DNA of 64,000 nucleotides from positions 1,398,880-1,462,879 of the forward strand of contig CM074810.1 of assembly GCA_037447605.1 (NCBI GenBank), read 5' to 3'. A program made the translations under genes and the position numbers. Below, one piece after another: positions 11,757 through 21,181 of this stretch. Position 1 is the stretch's first letter. Each line of letters starts with the position of its first letter. This DNA comes from Zygnema circumcarinatum SAG 698-1b (Eukaryota > Plantae > Zygnematophyceae). The notes under the pieces are model-generated. The model worked only from the letters and a program-made list of their open reading frames with translations, did no database searches and was not told the DNA's origin.

Positions 11757-11860
11757 AAGATAAAAGCTAAGAGCGGAAGCCTATGCGGAACTCCATGTGT
11801 TTAACTTCTTTAAATGTTTTACTGGAATGTTCTGCACCCGTTTTTTTGTCTTTTGGTGTC

Positions 11861-12058
11861 TGGTTTCTGGTTTCCGGTTTTTGGTTTTTGGTTTTTGGTT
11901 TCTGGTTTCTGGCTTCTGGTTTCTGGCTTCTGTTTTTTGGTTTCCGGTTTCTGGTTTCTGGCTTCTGGTTCCTGGTTTCTGGTTTTCGGTTTCTGGTTTC
12001 TGGCTTCTGGTTCTTGGTTTCTGGTTTCTTTTTTCTGGGTTCTTGTTTGTGGTTTCTC
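11861..12058. repeat. Heptamer tandem array (TGGTTTC)n, ~28 units
   Basis: tggtttc/tggcttc/cggtttc/tggtttt units in strict 7-bp register; source of the spurious KPETRNQ and VSGFWFL ORFs. Confidence 0.95.
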
Positions 12059-12300
12059 GGACCCACGTGGCCATTGACGACCGTACCTCGATGGTACAAG
12101 TACGGTAGACCGTACGCAGCCTACAGTTTGCCGTACAGATCTGTACAGATCTGGGCTGTCCGACCGTACATGGTGTGACTGGACGCGGGGGGGTCTATCC
12201 GCAAGGCGCTGCTCCCATTGGCCCGCCACGTCACGTCACTAAAGCGCACGCGCGGCGGCCGTGGATAGGCTGCCTTCCTCCCGCGCACGTGCGGGACCAG

Positions 12301-12909
12301 GTAAGGAAAGTCAAGGGCGGGCGGCAGGGTTCATGGCCGGGAGGGACTGGGCAGGAAAGAGGGGGAAGGAAGGGTGGAAGGTTGAAAGCGACCATAAGCA
12401 AACGAATTGGAGGGAGGGAACGAGGGAGGGAGGGAGGGAGGGAGGGAGGGAGGGAGGGAGGGAGGGAGGGGTTTGGAAGCAACAGCAGTGGTAGGGGTTT
12501 GGAAGGGACAGCAGATTTAGGGTTTTGGAAGCTACAGCAGTTTTAGGGTTTTGGAAGCAAACAGCGGTTGCAGGGTTTTGGAAGGCGTCCTGCACTGCTG
12601 CTGTGGACTCTCTGTAGTGGTCTTGAAGGAACCGGTGCAGCAGCAGGTGCATTTTCTGGAGGGGGATTCAGTGGCTAAGTTTCAGTATTTCTTTTGCTTC
12701 TCTTTTGCTGAAAGTGTTTTGGATTCTCCTGCTGCACACCTGGCCAATAAGGCACGGAAGGGTTTTTCTTTTCCTTAGCATCGAGAACCAGGTTTTGTCC
12801 TTGTATGCCGCTGCTTGATCGCAGGACAGTTGGCTTCATCTTGCCCCATTTCCCATGAATTAGAGCTTCATTTTCTACCTTTTTTTCCATTTCTCCTTTT
12901 CTGATTCAG
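12301..12909 (+). other. Probable 5' UTR (leader) intron of EPSPS
   Basis: Strong donor CAG|GTAAGG at 12300/12301 and acceptor TTTTCTGATTCAG| at 12909, 17 nt before the ATG. Contains a (GGGA)n tract and about five GGGTTT(T)GGAAG units. Confidence 0.6.
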
Positions 12910-12926
12910 CAAGTCGAAGCCTAAAA

Positions 12927-15900
12927 ATGGCCACGACTATCTCGAAAACGGTGGCAGCGACCAAACTCGCGTCATCTGTGAGCTTCGGTGGAAGAATCTC
13001 TTCTGATGCTTTTTGCAAGTCAGTATCCACACCTTTTTTAGGAGAAAACATTGAGAGAAACACTGTCTTTTTTCTTCCCATGTGCAAGTGTTTGAAGATG
13101 CTGGTTTGTTTGAATTCGTTGGTTTACGAAATCTGGATGTTGCTTTTGCCAGGTAAATTCTGTACGGTTGGTTGGTCGGTCGTTTGTTATCTGTATGATC
13201 GTATGCTATGTCTAATCACCTGTATTCCTTAAAACAGGGGATTCATTTCTGTATCAAGGAGCAAAAAAAGTGCTTGGACTCGAAATTCCACCGTCACGGT
13301 TTGCCGTCATGTGGCATCATCAGGTATTGTCTGCACTATCATTAAGTTATATTTTGATGATTTCCACAACTAGGAATGCCGGTGTGAACGAAAAAGTTGT
13401 ATGCATGTGCAGACACGGGAAGGAGGGCTTGGGGTCAGGAAGTGCACGCTGTTGCTTCAGGGACTCGAGCAGAAAGCTTGGAAGAAATTCAGCTCCGGCC
13501 CGTGAAAGTTATCGAAGGCAAAGTGCAGCTTCCTGGCTCAAAATCGCTCTCAAATCGACTGCTCTTACTTGCAGCACTTTCTGAGGTAAGTGTCCTCAAA
13601 CGGACTTTTCTTTTTATGTGAGAGTGAGTATGCGAAATGCTCTCTGTTGCCAAACGATGAAGGAATCAAGCTGGCCATTGTACGAATGGAACGAGAGGCA
13701 AAGGCGATGAAGCAAGGAAGGGAGGGGGGGAGGGAAGAGTGGGGAGTGGGTAAGGGGGATGGGAGAGGGGGTAGAGGGGAGGGGGGAGGGGAGGGAACTT
13801 TCATCTCTGGTCCTAGTAATAAAGCGTATGGTAGGGTCACTAAGTCTTTTGTACCGCAAAGCCACTCTAACAACCTGAAACGTTTTTCTAAGGACCCTAA
13901 TATTTCCTCGTCCACATCATCATTTTCCTACAACGGTGGCTCTGGGACCTCATTCTCCTGCAACGGTGGCTCTGGAGTGTCTCAGGGGATCACTATTGTT
14001 GATAATTTGTTGAATAGTGACGATGTGCGCTACATGTTGGGCGCCCTCGAGACCCTCGGCATTCACGTAGATGAGGACAGGGAGTCGCTCCGCGTGACTG
14101 TGACCGGCTGCAACGGCAGATTCCCTGCGGGGCGCTGTCAGACCCAGCCGCAGTTCTACACTGCGGTGACGCGGACGAATGGGAGTGAAGTGAAGAAGGA
14201 GGTGCAATTGCTGCTTGGAAATGCCGGAACTGCAATGCGTCCTTTGACTGCGGCTGTCGCTGTAGCAGGTGGCCATGCAAGGTCTCTCGCTCTCTCCCTC
14301 TCTCTCTCATATATTCCTCTTTACGCTCCCCTTTTCTCTTTGGAGGATTTATTTATTAATGTATTGTGTGATAGTTCTGCGTTAATGAATATCTTCTTTA
14401 ATTGCAGATAAGCACTGACTTTTCTCCTGTGCTTATTCGGCATATCGACAATGCTATAAGAAGGAAAGCAGTCAGCTTTTAACTGGGTCATCCTTTGTGC
14501 GAGAGGATATGCCAGGTATCTTCTGGATGGGGTGCCTCGTATGCGAGAAAGGCCAATTGGAGATCTTGTTGATGGGCTGCGCCAGTTGGGTGCTGAGGTA
14601 TCGTGCGTGCTGGGCACCAACTGTCCACCTGTAGCTGTGGATGCACATGGAGGTCTGCCAGGTGGCAAGGTAAGGTGTCTTCACTCTCCCTCTTTCTCCG
14701 TCTCCCTCTCTCGCACGCACCAGCCCCCCTCATTTTCTCTACCCTCCTTTGCTCTTCCACCTTGCTATCCAAATCAAATCCCTTTCCTTACCTTAATCCC
14801 ACCCCCTCCCCCCTTCACCTCTTTATATCCGTCCAGTCACCCTCACCTTCTTCCTCTCCATCGCGCTATCACTTTTTTCACTAAAGGTGGGAACCACCGG
14901 TTTCAAAAGTATTCGCTAGCCATACAGGCTATTCTCACAACGATGATTGGGTTTGTTCAAATTTCAGGTGCGCCTATCGGGAGCTATAAGCAGCCAGTAC
15001 CTCACAGCACTTCTTATGGCCGCCCCACTCTCATTGGGTGATATAGAAATCGAGGTGCAGGATAAACTTGTTTCAGTACCGTATGTCGACATGACTTTAC
15101 AGTTGATGGAAAGGTTTGGAGTTAAAGTGGAACGCTATGGAGGTTGGGAGCGGTTTTCCATCAAAGGAGGGCAGACTTACAAGTGAGTAAAACATCATTT
15201 GCCTGTACGAGCCCATACGATATTGTCGTGTGGTTATTGAAAGGAAGGCAGGGGAAAGGGGAGGAGGAAGGGAAGGGAGCTGTAAGAAAGGTAAGCAGCT
15301 AGGGAAGGAGAAGAACGAGAGCAATGCTTAGACTGTAAAACCATCAATTCCTCCGCTGGCTGGGATGCACTTGCTAAATCTTGGGACAAATGTGTAAAGT
15401 CAACTGAGCATTTCGCTTGGCTTTTGGGACTTTTGAAGGTCTCCCGGTCGAGCTTTTGTTGAAGGAGACGCTTCAAGTGCAAGCTACTTCATTGCAGGAG
15501 CGGCAATCACAGGAGGAACGGTAGTAGTGGAAGGCTGCGGAACAGACAGCTTGCAGGTAGCGCAGTACTATCAGCGGAATTGTACATGTGTTATTTTTCA
15601 GGGTTTCACCTCTTAGTCTCTCCACTATTTTAGAAACAAAAATAACACTTGCTTATTGCAACCATAGAGCTAGATACTCACATTATTCCAGCGTATTTTC
15701 TTGTAAATCTGCAGGGAGATGTTCATTTTGCTCGTGTTTTGGAACAAATGGGAGCCAACGTACAGTGGAGTGAGCATAGTGTGACTGTGACAGGCGCTCC
15801 TCTGTCCAGCTCGACTGGGCGAAGACTGAAGGGTGTGGATGTGAACATGAACACCATGCCAGATGTCGCCATGACATTGGCTGTCGTGGCACTTTTTGCG

Positions 15901-16774
15901 GACGGTCCAACTGCTATCAGAGACGGTCAGTGGCCTTTTTCCCCCTTCGATTTCTGTAACTTCATTCAAAACACATTCAATGGAACTAAGGTGATTGCGC
16001 TTCAGTCCCTCTATGCATGATCAGTTAGAATAGCCCATTGCATTTCTGCTCCGTAACAAGAGTCGTCTTGCTGATATTTGCCTTCACTATCAGTAGGCAA
16101 TGCATGTTTTTGTATGTGTGCAAATCAAATGCTTCCACTTATGTCTCTTTTGTTTTAAAAAGGTTGAGGCCGATTTTCACATTGAATTTGGAGTTCCAGT
16201 GAAAGGAAGACGTTTTAAAATTTGTCAACCTGTGTGGGCTGCAGTGGCTAACTGGAGGGTGAAGGAGACGGAGCGAATGGTTGCTATCTGCACGGAACTT
16301 CGCAAGGTATTGACTTTTTACTTTCATATTTGGCCCAGTTTTTCCTCCTTCATGAATCCGACCGGCTGGCAAGCATTTCACATGATTTGAGCCTCTACTA
16401 TGACAGTCCGCATTCAGACTTTAAACATTCTATAACCCCCAGACATCCTTCAAATCATACAAACCCTAAACGACCTTGAAGTCCCCTCCTCTCCTGCTTG
16501 GCTTCCCTTTCTCTCTGTTTTCTCAAACTGGGCTTTCCCTCGTATTTTTTAATAGTTGGGTGCAACTGTGGAGGAGGGTCCGGACTACTGCATCATTACG
16601 CCGCCACAAAAATTGCAAGCCGCCGAAATCGACACTTATGATGATCATCGCATGGCCATGGCTTTCTCACTTGCTTCATGCGGAGATGTTCCCATCACCA
16701 TCAAAGACCCGGGATGTGTTCGAAAAACTTTTCCGGACTATTTCGATGTATTTGAGGGCCTTGCCAAGCGGTGA
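12927..16774 (+). CDS. EPSPS: 5-enolpyruvylshikimate-3-phosphate synthase, plastid precursor, ~541 aa, 10 coding exons
   Basis: Exons 12927-13018, 13238-13323, 13413-13585, 13986-14281, 14516-14669, 14968-15182, 15439-15556, 15715-15925, 16245-16306, 16556-16774 (1626 nt, in phase). Motifs [78 protein letters not shown]. The first two transit-peptide exons are less certain. Confidence 0.97.
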
Positions 16775-18535
16775 TACGAGAACGATTCTGGACTGAATGG
16801 TTACAGGTAGCAGGCCGGGAAGACTGCTCAAGGGGGAATTTGTCAATTACAATTGCCTTTTCTATGTGTGGGAGCCAAACACCCCCTCCCCCCCCTTTAC
16901 ATTATGGGGCGAGGAGAATGGAAATATGGATTCGAAATTCATCGTTTCCCGCACTAGTCTTTGAGAGATAATCTTCACTTTTCCTTTCAGGCTTAGCCTT
17001 AGAATATTCTTTTAGGGGGGATCTGGTCTTCAAAGAACGAGAGAAAGGCAGTTTTCGTCCATCACAAGGAGAGACTTCACACCACATCCGGAGAAGCAAC
17101 AGACCATCGGTCAGGTCTGCAATTTTGCCTTCACTCACCCTTCGCTTCATCTCTCATGTTTCGGAAACCTGTGGCTTTGATCCCAATCCTGACTGAGACC
17201 CTCATGTGAGATTAGTATGAAAAAACTGAATACGGAGAGAAACTGGTGCCTGCTATTTTTCTAAGGAAACCTTTTCAGCTAGTACACTTTAGTCCATAGA
17301 AACTTGTTTACATATTGAGTTCACATAGAACTCCGATTAATTCCATGGACCAGAGCCACAGCAATGTGGCCAATTGAATGGAAATTTGTACCTTTTTATG
17401 GCTCAGACAGGCTCAATAATACCGACGGACTTTGCTCGCCTTTGGCCTTTGGCCTTTTGCCCTCTGGTTGTCGAACATAGCTGCCGTTTAGGGAAGGTAA
17501 GTGGGCAAGGCCGGGGCTATGCGAGTGGTGGGGAAGGGAGGGGAGGGGACTAGCAAGGCTGCCTGCGCCATCACAAATTCAGATCGAATGCTGTGCATGG
17601 AAGCCGAAGTACATTGTTAAACGAGCCGACACAAGTGCGTTCAAAGTTGAAAGCGTAAAGTAGGGCTGCTCTACCTAAAAATCACATGTGAGAGACGAAA
17701 ATACCTGGGCTAGGAGTAGGTGAGATGATGGACTGCTGCAGATTTCAGCCCTCGCGCTCTTTGCACTACAGCAGTACCCCTCAATGGTCCAAATGGAAGA
17801 TTCAAATATTCTAAGTGAAATTTGACTCCAAAAGGTTATTCATTCTCTTTTTTCTCTAAGCAGGTAATAAGTACGTAACCACGCTTGAAATATACGCAAC
17901 CTTGACACGCCACGAATTGGAATGGTCTTAGAGCTGGCTAAGTTCACATTGAAATGCTGTCTCCTGACCTTATTTCCACTTAGAGAGGGCGTATTTTGTA
18001 CACATTACGCATTTTAATACTTCGTACCATGTGACATGTAAGAAAGTTACATACAAACTGAAACTGACTTGCACCTATTTCAATTCTCAGCACTCTTTCC
18101 GGGACTTCATCACCAGCTCAAACAATGAAGTTCCGAATGCTGAGCTTTGATGATAATTTCAAAGGGCTCTACAGCTCTCTTGAGAGCCTCTTCTCACGCG
18201 CAAAATTTGGGAAAACATAGGCTACACTCGCTAAGGACTAGCTGGCCTAAAACTTTCAGCTATGCACTACGCTCCACACTTCGTACCCACGCTCTAATCT
18301 GCTGCTCGTCTACGTCTGCGTGTCCCATCTGACTCTAACCACAAGCACCTCGCTGCTTCCTAATAGGTCTACAATTACAAGAGCTGGCTCCATTAAATCT
18401 ACACAGGATAGAATAACATTACATCACTTAAGACACGGAGAAAGACTTCAGGCTCCCCTCTCCTCCCTCACCCAATCACTCCCTCTCCCTTACTCTCTCC
18501 CTCCCTCCCCCCCACCTTTCCCTGCCACCTTTCTC

Positions 18536-20776
18536 TCAATCTGCCAGCGCCTCAAGCGAGAAGCACTCCTCCTCCCGGAGCAACTCCACTTGGAGCTCCA
18601 CCATTGGGCAGTTCTGCTGCAGGTACTCGTGCATGGGCGCCTGAATCCACGCGTAGCTCTCCTTGCTCGCGCATCGCAGCACCAGCCGCTGCAGCCCACT
18701 GCACGGCAACACGCCCCCTCCCTCCCATCTCACTCAGTTCCAGGCCCACCCAGCCTCAGTCCCAATTCCCCCGCAGCAAGCCCCCGCTTGTCCAACCCAA
18801 GCCAACCCAACGCACCCCCTCCCCTCCCTCCCATCCCTCNNNNNNNNNNTCCCCCCCTCCCTCTCCCCCTTTTACCTGCATCGCATGACGAGGTCGTGCA
18901 GGAGGTACAGCGCGGCGAACTGCGGCGTCCCGAAGTCGACGCGGAGCTCCGCGAGGCGGCCCCACTCGAAGTGCGTCCACGAGACCTGCCCGCCCCCGCC
19001 GCGCAGGAGCATCGCCTCCCAGAGGTCCCGCCCCACGCCGAGGCTCCGCAGCTCCGGCATCTCCATGGCCGCCTCGAGCACGTTCGCGGGCACGGTCGGG
19101 GGCGCCACGTTCACCGCCAGGGCCGTCAGGGAGTCTCCCGCGGTCCGTACCATCGCCAGCGCCGCGTTAAAATACGCTATCGACGAGGCGTCGATCTCGA
19201 GATCTTGCAGTTTTGTCGCACCCACGATGTGGAGATCCTCCCTGTGATCCGCGCTGCCGCAGTTTCGGATCCGCACGATCTCGAGCTCGGCGGCAGATTC
19301 GACCACGGTCACGAGGAGAGGTGACACGTGTTCGAAATCCAGAACCTCCAGATTTGGCATGCAGATCTTGAGGGCGCCGATTTTGACTCGGCTCAGGCAG
19401 AACACCTTCAGAGATTCGGACGCGATCTGATACGACGTCGCCGCGATCTCCGGCGAATCCATACCCGCCCAATAGAGCTGCGCGAGATTCCCGCACACGC
19501 TTAAGATCGCGTTCAGCGCCCACGAGGAAGGCGCGGCGGGGGGCAGGCTGATGTGGAGCACGGTCAGGGCGGGCAGCTGGAAGGACAAATCGGGACCGTC
19601 GATTAGGACGCGGCTCACGGAGAGCCGTTGGATGGGCCCCCCCGCGAGTTCCCGCAGCATAGCCGCGAGGGCGAGGGGTTTCGTCCTCGTGGTTTGCCGC
19701 TTGGTCCCCCCCGGGAGGTGGTGGTTCAGGCTCAGCTGCTCGAGGCCGAGGCCATGGCCATGGCTGCCCTCCTCCTCCTCGGGGCTGCCCTCCCACAGGC
19801 CGGCCACGGGCGTGGCGGGCTCGCTCATGCTGCGGGACCTGTAACCCTTCAGTCGGAACCCGCTGCCAAACACACTCCCACTCCCACTCCCGCTCCCACT
19901 CCCGCTCCAACTCCCGCTCCCGCTCCCACTCCCGCTCCAACTCCCGCTCCCACTCCCTCTCCCACTCCCACTCCCGCTCCCACTCCCACTATCACTCCTA
20001 CTGCACAAGTCGTCCCCGATCGCGTTGGCCGCCCGGAGGTAAAAGGCCCGCCGCGGGCTTCCATGCGGCGACGCAATGAAGTTTCCGTCGCCGCTTCCGA
20101 TCGGTCTGCGCCAATTCCCCGACAGCAGCGAGAAGTCTGCGCTGCCGCCCGCCTTCCTTAGCCGCAGCGGAGAGGGAGAGGGCCGCGCAGCCGCCGCCAG
20201 GTCCTCGCTCCCCCCCGCCCGCCGCAAGAGGCCGCCCGAGGACGCCGACCGCGCCCGCGAGATCAAGCTCGCGATCGCTCTGATCCTCCTCCCCGCCCCG
20301 CCCTCCGCCCTGCCCCCTCCCTCGCCCTCTCCCTCTCCCCCCGCCTCCCTCAGCTCGCTCTCCGGCGTGAACCGGAAGTTGTCGAAATGGAGCACCTCTA
20401 GGGATGCCCGCACGTGCCGCAGCCACGCGAGAACGGCTGGGGGTGAGAAGCCCGTCCACGTGGCGGTCGGATGGCGCGCCGGGAAGCTGTCCTCGGCGCA
20501 AACAATCTCCAACGTGGCGAGGTTTTGGGTTTTGAGGAGGAAGGAGTGGAGGGCGCGGTCCGCCGCGGCGCCCATCCAGAGGGGGTCGCAGGGGTTCTGC
20601 GCGCCGGCCTGCATGGGGGCGGCCGCGGAGGAGAACCAGAAGCGGACGCTCTGAACCCTGCGCCCCGCGGCCAGGAGGACGCGGCACGTGGCCATGGCGT
20701 GGGCCACGTCAGTGGCGGAGGGGAGCAGCGCCAACACACGCGCGAGGACGTCGGAGGGGAGGTCCTCCAGCGCCAT
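18536..20776 (-). CDS. F-box/LRR-like protein (plant At1g67190/At1g10780-type), ~687 aa, 2 exons
   Basis: Exon 20776-18876 has an N-terminal F-box (MALEDLPSDVLARVLALLPSATDVAHAMATCR) and LxxLxL repeats. Donor AG|GTAAAA, then exon 18698-18536 in phase (S-GLQRLVLRCASKESYAWIQ...LEALAD*). Family assignment is from recalled similarity, not a search. Confidence 0.82.
19874..19996. repeat. Coding hexamer repeat (CTCCCR)n encoding a Gly-Ser linker in the F-box protein
   Basis: About 20 ctccca/ctcccg units, read on the minus strand as SGSGSGSGRGSGSGSWSGSG. Confidence 0.9.
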
Positions 20777-20952
20777 GGTGCGGGAGGGACGGAGAGAGCG
20801 TGCGAGAGGGGGGGAGAGAGGGAGGACGAGGGAGAGCGAGAGAGGAAGGGAGAAGGCTAGAGAAGAGCGGGAAAGCGGAGAAGGGGGAGGGAGAGAAAGG
20901 ACGATAGAGGCATTTTAAGGATAGCGTGTGTGAGAGAGATGGGAGAGAGACA

Positions 20953-20985
<33 letters not shown>

Positions 20986-21181
20986 GGAGCGGGAGAGAGA
21001 GAGGGGGGAGCGGGAGAGGGAGGGAGGGAGGGGGAGAGAGAGGGAGAGTGCGGGAGGGAGAGGAGAGAGAGAGGGAGAGAGAGGGAGCGGGAGAGAGAGA
21101 GGGAGAGAGGGAGAGAGAGAGGGTGCGGGAGAGGGAGGGGGAGAGAGAGGGAGAGAGAGAGGGAGAGAGCGAGGGTGCGGG

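Noticed and set aside
11767-12229. Several 90-136-aa repetitive ORFs (KPETRNQ / VSGFWFL)
   Set aside because: Translations of the 7-bp tandem array.
13590-13985. N-terminal extension of the 273-aa ORF 13590-14411
   Set aside because: Stop-free intron sequence (GA-rich tract plus a 30-bp duplication); canonical splice sites at 13586 and 13985 restore the conserved LSE-G(I)T junction.
12927-16774. EPSPS as a horizontally acquired or glyphosate-resistant enzyme
   Set aside because: Plant-type class I sequence with a transit peptide and plant-like intron layout; the GNAGTAMRP motif has wild-type Gly, Thr and Pro at the known resistance positions.
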